A stretch of DNA of 63,059 bases, the filler included, from Octopus bimaculoides (taxonomy: Eukaryota): the NCBI RefSeq assembly GCF_001194135.2. It is 5 parts of 5 records of this genome, joined end to end, with 100 filler letters (N's around TTAATTAATTAA, not from the genome) between each part and the next. Parts side by side here need not be neighbours in the genome. Positions count along the whole stretch, not along the records: positions 47,189 to 53,546 come from NC_068999.1; positions 53,647 to 63,059 come from NC_068983.1; 3 more parts are not named here. One strand, given 5' to 3'. The notes beneath the pieces are model-generated. The model did not search any database, had not been told where the DNA came from, and was given only the letters and a program-made list of their open reading frames with translations. The stretch's first letter is position 1. Each line of letters begins with the position of its first letter. This document shows, piece after piece, positions 53,161 to 63,059 of this stretch. Position numbers and translations under genes: made by a program.

Positions 53161-53373
53161 CGAAGAAATATAAACCTTTAATAATATAAGTTTTGATCAC
53201 TCTAAGTCTTTTAATAATCAATCTGTCTCTTTTGCTGACCCGTTTAATGACGGGGACGTGACAACCCAAAACTGTTTGTCGAGTGGCAGTGGTGGTGGTG
53301 GTGGGGGGGACACGCGCGCGCACACACACACAAATACACACACACACACACACTTATATAAGAAGAGGGGTAG

Positions 53374-53415
53374 CAGTGACTTCGACGTTTCGGCCTGCTA
53401 GACTTCATCAGATTG
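53374..53415 (-). ncRNA. Minimal type I hammerhead ribozyme-like motif (Penelope-type)
   Basis: Minus strand: CAAT-CTGATGA-A-GTCT-AGC-AGGC-C-GAAAC-GTCGAA-GTC-ACTG; all conserved core bases and a GUC triplet are present, with one mismatch in helix I. Confidence 0.55.
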
Positions 53416-53590
53416 AGAGATGAAGGCCAAGTAGGCTGAAATTTTGAAGCCACTGTCATCAGTCTACTTGTAAATGTATAACTAATATGTAGCCGACAAA
53501 AAACTATTAACTAATACTTCAGATTAATATATAAAATTGCTTTTATNNNNNNNNNNNNNNNNNNNNNNNNNNNNNNNNNNNNNNNNNNNN

Positions 53591-53602
53591 TTAATTAATT
53601 AA
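53591..53602. other. Artificial scaffold linker
   Basis: 44N-TTAATTAATTAA-44N. Confidence 0.95.
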
Positions 53603-55084
53603 NNNNNNNNNNNNNNNNNNNNNNNNNNNNNNNNNNNNNNNNNNNNATCTATATTTGTAATTGCATTTCTCTAAAACTATCACATTTTTTTTATATCTTA
53701 AGTTATAAATTCATGTACTTCATTTATATCCTTAGTATTTATTTATGTCTCAAACTCTAACCTTCGCTTCCATCAACAACACTATCAACGAACGTCACAC
53801 CAGCTTAATGCCTCTACCGAAACCAGCATCAAGCACCAAACGCCTCAAGTGTTTCAGTTCTCGAGTTGAGCATGCTCGAAATAAAATGTCAATGACTCCT
53901 CCATGAGTATTTAGCTACTAAATTCACTGCTTAATAAAGCACACCGCAAAAATATCAAGTCGAGAGCATGAAAAGAAAGAATGACACAAAAAGAAAATGA
54001 AACATAAGAACAGAGAATGAATATTAAATAAATATGTAAAAAGTTGGTGTAATAAAATATAGTATCAGATGCAAAATCCTCTTCATGATCATACGATATA
54101 ACTCATGGGTGGCATACAGATAATAAATAAATAAATAACAATAATAATAATGATATCTGATATAACCGACAGCAACAAGAGAACATTTTTTTCCAGTGGT
54201 GTGTGTATGGAGTTTATTCAATCAAATCAAGTACTTAACGCGTACTCTTTTATACACCCGAAGAGGTTGAAAGGAAAAAGTCTACCCCAACGGGATTTGA
54301 ACACAAAATATAGAGTAACTTAACTAAACACCTATTTTGTGTGGTGTTCTAGCATTCCTTTTATCCAAATGCATAATGATAGTAAGAAACATGCCAAGGA
54401 GCCTCTACGTGCTCTTTTGATCTGCTAGAAATGGCAGCAAAATTACACTTGGATCACATACTTTAAAAAAGTAAGTACACCTTACAAGATGCTCTAAATA
54501 TACAAAAAAAAAAAATGGTATGCTAACGGCTTAAATTATTTTGAATAAAAAACTGATCAACCAATAATAATGCCAACAACGATAATAATAATACCAACAA
54601 CAACAACAAAATAATTACGAATTACTAAAAAGTCGTCTGATTTGGAGCCAATTGCCGTGCATTGCATTATGGTGGAATAAACAAGGAAGACTCGAACATA
54701 TCGAACCCATTACTTGAATAGCATTTGGTGTCATTGATCTTCTGAGGACGAAAGAGAACGACGCTAGGTACGAGATATTGCCGAGTTTGCTGATAGCTAT
54801 CTTCAAAGAACACAACAATAAAGTCATTAATTAGAAACAATTCTATCAAATTTAATCACGAGGTCAGTAATTTTCAGTGTGAGTCAATAACATCCACTTC
54901 AAATTTTAACCGATACTTTATTTTATCAGCTCCTGGTATGATAAAAGGGAAAGTTGTCTTCGGCCACAATTTAAAGAGATGAAATAAGTATTCGAAGGCA
55001 GTCTGATTGATACTCTACCGGTTCCCTTAATTCGCCACCCTAAAATGCTGTAATTATAATAAATGTAATAATTCTACTTTTTCC

Positions 55085-55290
55085 ATATGGCCTAGAGTTT
55101 TGAGGGGTGGGGTAATTCGATTGCATTGACTGTAGTAATTTAACTGGTACGTTATTTTATCGACCCCGAAAGGATGAAAGACATAGTTGACCACAGTAGG
55201 ATTTGAAATCTGAAGGTAAAGAATCCGTAAAAATGTTGCTAAGCGATTTATTTGACCGAATCGCAAATGATTCTTCTGTTTCGACACCTT
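55085..55290 (-). mobile_element. SINE family B copy (older)
   Basis: ATCGACCCCGAAAGGATGAAAG domain; decayed head. Confidence 0.75.
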
Positions 55291-55303
55291 AACAAATATA
55301 ACA

Positions 55304-55517
55304 ATGGTTTCAAATTTTGTCGCAATGCCCACAAGTTCGAAGGAGAGAGAAAGTTGATCACATCGAGCCCAATGTTCACCTCATACTTATTTTATCAACT
55401 CCTAAAGAAAAGAAGGCAAAATTGTCCTCGGCGAAATTCGAACTCAGCACAAAAAGACGGACGAAATGCAGCTAAGAATTTTGCGTGCTAACGATTCTCC
55501 CAGATCACCACATTCTT
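55304..55517 (-). mobile_element. SINE family B copy (older)
   Basis: TTTCAAATTTTG tail, GAAATTCGAACTCAG B box region. Confidence 0.7.
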
Positions 55518-55569
55518 AATACGTATAATAATTCTTTCTAATATAGACACAACGTCTGAAATAACATTT

Positions 55570-56129
55570 AGCGACCTCGAAAGGATGAAAGGCAAAGTCG
55601 ACCACGTCGTAATTTGAACTCAGAACGTAGCGGCAGACGAAATACCGCTAAGTATTTCCCCCGGCGCGCTAACGTTTCTTATTTCTTTATTGCCCACAAG
55701 GGTCTAAACATAGAAGAGACAAACAAGGACAGACAAAGGGATTAAGTCGATTACATCGACCCTAGTGCGCAACTAGTACTTAATTTATCGATCCCGAAAG
55801 GATGAAAGGCAAAGTCGACTTCGGCGGAATTTGAACTCAGAACGTAAAGACAGACGAAATACTGCTAAGCATTTCGCCAGGCTTGCTAGCGACTCTTATT
55901 TCTTTATTACCCACAAGGGGCTACACACAGAGGGGACAAACAAGGACAGACAAACGGATTAAGTCGATTATATCGACCCCAGTGCGTAACCGGTACTTAT
56001 TTAATCGACCCCGAAAGGATGAAAGGTAAAGTCGACCTCGGCGGAATTTGAACTCAGAACGTAACGGCAGACGAAATACCGCTAAGCATTTCGGCCGGCG
56101 TGCTAACGTTTCTGCCAGCTCGTCACCTT
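55570..56129 (-). mobile_element. Head-to-tail SINE family B trimer with a single head
   Basis: Junctions at 55676/55677 and 55893/55894 join the tail AAAGAAATAAGA to the inside of the next A box. Confidence 0.9.
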
Positions 56130-56148
56130 TGCTGCAACTGATATTAAT

Positions 56149-56343
56149 GATTTCAAATTTTGGTGCAAGTCCAGAAATTTCGGTGGAAGGAAAAAACCAA
56201 TTACATCGACCCCAGTGCTGGTACTTATTTTATCGACCCGAAAGTATGAAAGACAATCTCAACCTCGACGGAATTTGAACTCGGACGAAATACCGCACAG
56301 CATTTTGCCCGGCGCGGTATCGGTTCTGCCAGCTTGTCTCGCT
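56149..56343 (-). mobile_element. SINE family B copy
   Basis: GGAATTTGAACTC B box, TTTCAAATTTTGG tail. Confidence 0.8.
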
Positions 56344-57264
56344 ACTGCTGCTGATGTTAATAACATCAATCATCGTAATCACCATCACCATTATCATAAT
56401 CATGATATCAAATTCATAGGTTTACTTGTATCATGAAAAATCGTCATCAACACAGACACACACATATGCATACACATACATATATTCACACATATACACA
56501 GTACAGAAGCATGCACGCATACCTGTAAAAGAAATACATATACACGACCTGTGAATAAAGCGTGGAGTATTAACTACCGATATGGGATTCGTATATCGAA
56601 TTAAAATCTGTATTTAATATCATATACACATACAACTTACATATGAACCCGCACACAGCCGCATATTCACAAAGTGGCGTGCGTTGTCCTAAATACGTAA
56701 GTATACACACGCAGGCGCCTGCTCACTCGCGTACGCATACTCACACGCATACACACACACACACACGCACCAAAACAACAATAATATAAACAAACTAAAA
56801 CCTAAATCTATGAAATGAGTGTTAGATTACCTGTTCTCGGTCTATCGGGCTGCCACTGTCTGTCTCAGGCTCCTTCCCTTCTTTGATATATACATAAGGC
56901 ATAGAAGAATCATCAAAAATGATGTCCCATATTTTGATTTTTTTTTTAAATAATTTTGTTTTTGTAAACGAATCCGTTCTATTAGGTTCTCCATGATGTA
57001 TTTCTCCATAGGTAGCGATAACGAAGATTAAGGCCGCATATATTGATTTCACACACAGTTCACATACACACTTCTTTCAATTCACACATACACGCATTTA
57101 TATCTGTTTACACACACACACATACGCACACACACGCGGATATGTGTCTACATATATACATATACATACATACTAATATATATTTATATATATATATACT
57201 ATGCATACATATGCATGTATATATGCATACAAGCATGTATGTATATATTTAGAAACACAGCTGC

Positions 57265-57299
<35 letters not shown>

Positions 57300-57328
57300 C
57301 GTGTATGTCTATATTAATTGCATATATG

Positions 57329-57397
<69 letters not shown>

Positions 57398-57497
57398 AGT
57401 TGAATATGTATATATATGCATATGTATATTATATGTGTGTATATAGACATATATAAAGATAAAAATATTCATAAATGTAAATATCTAAAACAAGACA

Positions 57498-58906
57498 TAC
57501 GTCGTTCAAATTCCATATGATTGTTGGTTATCTGTTCCTCGAAAGTGAAACTTTGTCCTGTTCATTTTCATTGTACGCAAATAAAGTGTTTCGAGAAGAA
57601 ACGATGCTCCACCATTGAGTCCTTAATGGTGTTTTTGTGCAGGATGTCTAGCATTCCCTGAAGTGTATAGATTGTTTATGGAGATCATACAGTTGGAAAT
57701 CATTAACTATCATTAACACGATTCGTCAACTAGTGAATGAGTTGACTCAGGAGAACAGAAGAAACACACTTCGTCAGCTGTTGGACCACTTCACTGTAGT
57801 CAATATGTATTTTATAATAAGGCGGCGAGGTAGCAGAATCATTAGCACGCCAGGCAAAATGCTTAGCAGATTTCGTCCAAATTTGAGTTCAAATTCCGCT
57901 GAGGTCAATTTTCTCCTTTATCTTTTCGGGGTCGATGACATAATCATCAGTTGAACATTGGGTTCGATGTAATCGACTTGACCACTCTCTCGGAATTGTT
58001 GGCTCTGTGCCAAAATTTGAAATCAATATGCATTGTAAAATATGGTGTAAGGTTCTGTCTATTGGAATGTGTGTATCGAAGTTGAGCACCTTGTCAGCTG
58101 ACATTTGATTTGAAGGAGGAAAGTAGTGGAATTTGCTCTCGTGTGAGGAGTGTCTTTGAAGTTAATGAGGATATTTCTTTTCTCGACCTAGCCATATTGG
58201 ATGAAATGTGATCTGGATGTTTTATAATCTTAAACGATACCTCAGTCCATGGAATGACGTCACTCTTCTTCTCTAAAGCCTAAGACGTTTCAAAACTAGT
58301 GATCTGTACAGAAAAGAAAGTTGAGTGCTTTAGTGAATAACAAGGGTGTCATTCTCTTTGATTTTCTGGAACGTGTTTGTACCGTCAGCAACAGGACACT
58401 GAAGAACTAAAAAAGCGTAGAGTAGTAATTAGGATGAAGAAACCGAACAAACATTTAAATGCGATTTACATTCGCCATGACAATGCCTGACCAGTCATCT
58501 TTGGCAACAAATCAGGTTCTCTACAAATTGAGCTGATTAGTGCACCCCATCGACCGTACAGTATGAATCTGGCATCATACTTCCGTCTGTTTGGTCCAAT
58601 GAAGAACAATCTTCATACTCAATGATTTGAATACACAGACGAAGCGAAAGTTGTGAAGAAGTGGGTACCACTGAGCCCATGTGAATGCTTTCAAAGAGGA
58701 ATAGAGACTTCAGAGATAGCAGACAAGTATCTCTTGTGATGAAAACTATGTTGAGTATCTTTGTATTGAGAATGGGTTATACAATAACCAGCATGTGCAA
58801 TTTGAAAGGCGTATGTCTGTTTATATGTGCAGTTTTAATAACATATGTCATTTTATAAAAAAAGTTATGCCTGCTTTTGAATCACTTCTTAATGAACTCA
58901 TGCATA
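57498..58906 (+). mobile_element. Mariner element with decayed transposase, interrupted by a SINE at 57819-58028; ends approximate
   Basis: VYGDHTV, ELTQENRRNTLRQL, QLTFDLK..GICS, SME*RH..KPK, KGVILFDFLE, HDNA*P, PHRPYSMNLAS, FRLFGPMK, NYVE in the expected order; weak TIR-like ends near 57498 and 58900. Confidence 0.8.
57819..58028 (+). mobile_element. SINE family B copy inserted in the mariner
   Basis: AAGGCGGCGAGGTAGCAGAATCATTAGC head, GAGTTCAAATTCC B box, GTGCCAAAATTTGAAATC tail. Confidence 0.85.
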
Positions 58907-59041
58907 TAGTTAGATAGACACTGATAATTCAATATGTCCGCTAAACCATACTAATGGTTTTTTTTATCTTTGTGTACACGTTATTTATAAATCGCAACTA
59001 AGTTTTCTATTAATGTTCCCACAATATACGTATGTTATCAG

Positions 59042-59198
59042 CTTCGAATCAGATATCAACCGACAAGGTACCCAACTTCGATGCACACATTCCAATAGAC
59101 ACCATATTTTACAATGAATATTGATTTCAGATTTTGGCACGTGGCCAACAATTCCGAGTTCGAGATCAAGTCTATTACATCGAACCCAATGTTCAGCT
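59042..59198 (-). repeat. Inverted copy of 57949-58115 (SINE tail plus mariner WVP segment)
   Basis: Reverse complement aligns along its length with scattered substitutions and a 10-bp deletion. Confidence 0.9.
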
Positions 59199-59374
59199 AA
59201 TAATATGCGTATATTATCAGCTCGGATAACGGACAGAGTCAGCGACTATTGAAAAGGTTGCAAGACGCAACGAACATTTTTGAAAAATTAATAAGTAAAT
59301 AAGTGGAAACTTTACCTGTGAATGTGTTAAATAATAAGGCACTAAAAGAGAATGACATTCCCCAGACACAACAA

Positions 59375-59407
<33 letters not shown>

Positions 59408-60384
59408 CTACCAACAGCGGTAGGTACAAATTATAGTATACTATAGTATACTATAGAAATTCATAAAGGGTGCAGTGGGCACCAACTGACTGAGGTACGC
59501 CAAACCATAAATAACACATTAGGCAGAGACGACGACAACAACAGGACTTTTCGTTTATTATATTTATTATATGAAAATTTATGAACTTCCTCTAACGAAA
59601 TGCAAAGTTAACTTTTGTCGAACTTAAACACCCCACCTCCAGAATCGGAAGAAATACTGCAAATGATTTCGTCCTACGCTCTACCAAATTTGGTGTTTCA
59701 GCAGCAATAATCCCACCATTGATTCGCATACAATAATTACATTATTCAATAGGCGGTGCTTCAGCATAGCCGTGGTCAATTGATTGAAACAAGTTTCAGA
59801 ATATATCCTAGATTAACAAAAGAAAAAATGAAAAATAACCCCTCCAAAACAAGAAAACTCTATTGAAGAGTAGGAATTTAGCTTCAATTTCTGACTGATC
59901 AAGTGACGTTGTTTTATGTCGATGTCAAAGAAATGAATGTTTGGATTTTAGTGATCATATCACCATAGTAATGTAGCTGAGGCAGATGATAGGTAAATGA
60001 ACGACAGTGTTTATAAGATGCTGGTTGTGAGGATTGTGGTAGTGATGATGTTGCAGATGTTGATGCTGGTAGTGATAGTGGTGGCATTTACGGTGGAGGG
60101 AGGATGATGGTGGCATATACTGGGAAGAGAATTCGCATAACTTTCGTTAACACATGTCCTTATCTTGTAGCTTTGGCGGAGGCGATGGTAGTGCAATGGA
60201 AACATATCTCCCGGGGAATAGAAGTTATCACAAGGTGTTTAACATATGTTGAATATGCGTTTATTAGAACTGCATAGATTATATAAGGGTATAATTCACA
60301 CGTCAGATGTTGGATGGTACGAATTTGATATAATTCAATCCACATACGTCTTTGAAAGCACTGATATGTTTTGATTTATAACTT

Positions 60385-60472
60385 TATATGTGTGTGTGTT
60401 TGTGTGTGTACATCTATACGTACCCACACATACATATATTCATGCATATATATATATATACACACACGCACA

Positions 60473-60505
<33 letters not shown>

Positions 60506-60696
60506 GTATANNNNNNNNNNNNNNNNNNNNNNNNNNNNNNNNNNNNNNNNNNNNNNNNNNNNNNNNNNNNNNNNNNNNNNNNNNNNNNNNNNNNNNNNTA
60601 TTTGAATATATACAAATAGATATCTATCTATCTATCTATATATCTGTCTGTCTGTCTGTTTCTGTCTGTCTGTCTGTTTCTGTCTGTCTGTCTGTT

Positions 60697-60727
<31 letters not shown>

Positions 60728-60741
60728 TTCTATATATATAT
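60385..60741. repeat. (TG)/(TA)/(CA)n, gap, then (CTAT)n and (TGTC)n with a 16-bp higher-order unit
   Basis: Directly visible. Confidence 0.9.
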
Positions 60742-61065
60742 AGGAGCACTCCGTCGATTACGACGACGCGGGTTCCAGCTGATACGATCAACGGAACAGC
60801 TGGCTCGGGAAATTAACGTACAAGTGGCTGAGAACTCCATAGACATGTGTGCTCTTAATGTAGTTTGCTGGGAGATTCAGCGTGACGCAGAGTATGATAA
60901 GACTGGTCCTTTGAAATACAGGTACTACTCATTTTTGCCAGTTGAGTGGACTGGAGCAACGTGAAATAAAGTGTCTTGCTCAAGGACACAGTGCGTTGCC
61001 CAGAATTGAACTCACGACCTTACGATCGCAAGAGGAATCCCCTAACCACTAAGCCACGTGACTTC
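60742..61065 (-). mobile_element. Near full-length SINE family C copy
   Basis: Minus strand: TGGCTTAGTGGTTAG A box, GAGTTCAATTC B box, CCTTGAGCAAGACACTTTATTTCACGTTGCTCCAGTCCACTCAACTGG core, long tail. Confidence 0.85.
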
Positions 61066-61084
61066 ACTCACTCTATATATAAGC

Positions 61085-61130
<46 letters not shown>

Positions 61131-61560
61131 AAGTATATATATACATACATCCACACAACCACATGAGCACAAAGATGCACACAGATATACTTATGTATAT
61201 ATATGAAAGGGGATTTCTTGAAATTAAGGTGATTGTGTAAGTTAGCACTCATAAGAACACTGGCTCACTGAATGTATAGAAGGGAATAATGTTTCCGTTG
61301 GAGGGAGTGTTTCACACGAATCGACAGACTAGCGTACTTTTGTCAGTCACAGAATATTAACTAACTAGTAAAAATAAATAGGACGCATTTATTCTTATTT
61401 TGCGATTTGCTCAATCGGTCTCCATTAGATGACAGGTGGGTCTATTGTAATATAACTTTAAATTGTATAATCTTTCTTTAATACTCATGTTTACATGTTT
61501 TCTACCATGTCAAACGCTTTATCTGTCGGATTTGTGACTAAAACGGGTGCAACCTGAAAA

Positions 61561-62778
61561 GGTCGTCAAGCATGAAATTTGTAGAAAAGAAAAAAGTTGC
61601 AAATGTTTTATAAATAAAAGGAATAGTTTTATTCATCAAAGTATGCACCCATATTGTCAATACACTTTTGCCATTTCAGCGGTAGCTTGTCCAGCCCGGA
61701 ACTGTAAAAGCCTGGCAATCTAGAGTCAATAAAATCTTGGAAGGCCTGTTTTACAGCATCATCGGAATTAATTTTTTTTCCTATTAAAAAGTTATCCAAA
61801 TTCTGGAAGAAGTGGTAATCAGGGAGGCAAGATCAAGTAAATATGGTGGATGATGGAAAACTTCCAACTCCAACTCCTGTAGTTTCGCCAATATCATTTT
61901 TGCGATGTGTAGTCTGGCGTTGTCTTGCAATAAAATAGGAATGGATCTCTTGACTAATCTAGGCTGTTTTTTTTTATTTGTAAGTTTCTGCATCATTTGG
62001 TCCAGTTGGTTCCAGTATACTTCGGCTGTGATTAATGATCCAGGTTTATTAAAATCATAATAGATCACACCTGCACCAGACCACTAAACACACACCACCA
62101 GCTTCTTTTAATGAATTTTGCTTATTGGACTGTGTTGCTGGCTCGTCTTTGTCCAACCATTGTGCTGAACTTTTACGGTTGTTGTATTGGATCCATTTCT
62201 CATCACATGTCACAATTCAATTAAAAAATGATTCATTTTCGTGACGAGAAAGTAGCATAATGCAGGCTTCCAAACGTTGCTGTTTCTGATTTTCATTGAG
62301 TTCATGTGGAGCCCACTTATCCAACTTTTTCACTTTACCGATTTGAACTAGGTGAGTCAATATTGTTTGCTTGCTAACACCGAATAACAACGATAATTCA
62401 CGGGCAATTTGAGATGGATCTGACTCGACGGTGGCTTTCAGTTCGTCATTATCTACCTTTGTTACGGGTTGACCGCGAAATTTTGCAAACCAATTTGATA
62501 TTGTTTGCTGTGTAATAACATCAGACTGAAATACTTCATAAATATTCCGAGCTGTCTGTGATGCTGTATTTCCAAGAAAGAACTCATATTTCAAAGCTGT
62601 ACGAATTTAGACTTATTTATCTCAAGACAAAATTAGCAAAAAACGATTTATAAATACTTTATTAAGCGCAAAATGAGTTAGAATAAAGAAATAGTTGTGA
62701 TAACTTTCTAACAAAAAATAAAGATTGTCAAAATATAATAATGGCGCAAAATGAGTTGCTGTCAAAGTTTATGGGACG
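61561..62778 (-). mobile_element. Near full-length mariner (DD34D-type) element with frameshifted transposase
   Basis: KYEF..GNTASQTARNI, KWAPHEL, VTCDEKWIQYNN, GVIYY, LQDNARLH, HPPYLLDLA, KWQKCIDNMGAYFDE*; imperfect TIRs at 61561-61584 and 62759-62778, the latter cut short. Confidence 0.92.
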
Positions 62779-63059
62779 CCGGCAACGTCAACTCGGCTAC
62801 GGCTATCCCGTCCAGTACGAGAGGAACCGCGGCATCACAGCAACGGTTTGCCGGCTCGCTGGATAGAGCGGTGATGCCAGGCTGCCTCTGAGCGATAACG
62901 GCTGAACGCCTCTAAGCCGGAAACGTAGCCGGACCCGAGTTGTTTTCCAAAAGCGTCTCAACCTCAAGGCGCATGCCTTAGCTCGGCGTTCGCCGTCCGC
63001 CGTCCACCCGTCGCATTCGCGCAGCGAGCGGCAGCGTCGCCGGTAGAATTGCCATTTTG
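62779..63059 (+). rRNA. 28S rRNA: Eukaryotic 28S (LSU) rRNA 3'-region fragment, highly divergent, running off the window end
   Basis: Sarcin-ricin loop AGTACGAGAGGAAC at 62814-62827 and CTGAACGCCTCTAAG at 62902-62916, at the same spacing as in eukaryotic 28S, followed by a GC-rich expansion-like tract. Confidence 0.85.

Noticed and set aside
53770-53930. CR1/L2-like 3' fragment (KCFSSRVEHARN)
   Set aside because: One weak motif match is not enough to call.
62779-63059. Bacterial 23S contamination
   Set aside because: GGAACC after the loop and CTGAACGCCTCTAAG are eukaryote-type; bacteria typically have GGACC and CTGAAAGCATCTAAG. A eukaryotic contaminant is not excluded.

Overview
AT-rich, gap-ridden eukaryotic DNA with no confidently identifiable complete protein-coding gene. 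The SINE families and microsatellite load look like an octopus genome; this is inference from recognition, not a database hit. Nearly all ORFs in the supplied track are microsatellite or N-run artefacts. Four 100-bp spacers (44 N + TTAATTAATTAA + 44 N) are artificial joins, so the window is five segments whose adjacency is not guaranteed. The real content is mostly decayed mobile DNA: many copies of about four tRNA-derived SINE families, two 5'-truncated R4/Dong-type retrotransposon ends in microsatellites, an RTE LINE remnant, four mariner remnants, an hAT deletion derivative, Helitron-like non-autonomous elements and hammerhead-like Penelope relics. The most notable items are: a divergent, GC-rich 28S rRNA 3' fragment (sarcin-ricin loop, compensatory stem changes) joined to a mariner TIR at the window end; a SINE trimer with junctions at the same A-box position; a (TAA)n array where SINEs and Dong elements pile up; an inverted duplicate of a SINE-mariner junction; and a GC-rich island at 12.7-13.0 kb (LTR or promoter). 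A few candidate exons remain unassigned. No new biological system can be established from the sequence alone.
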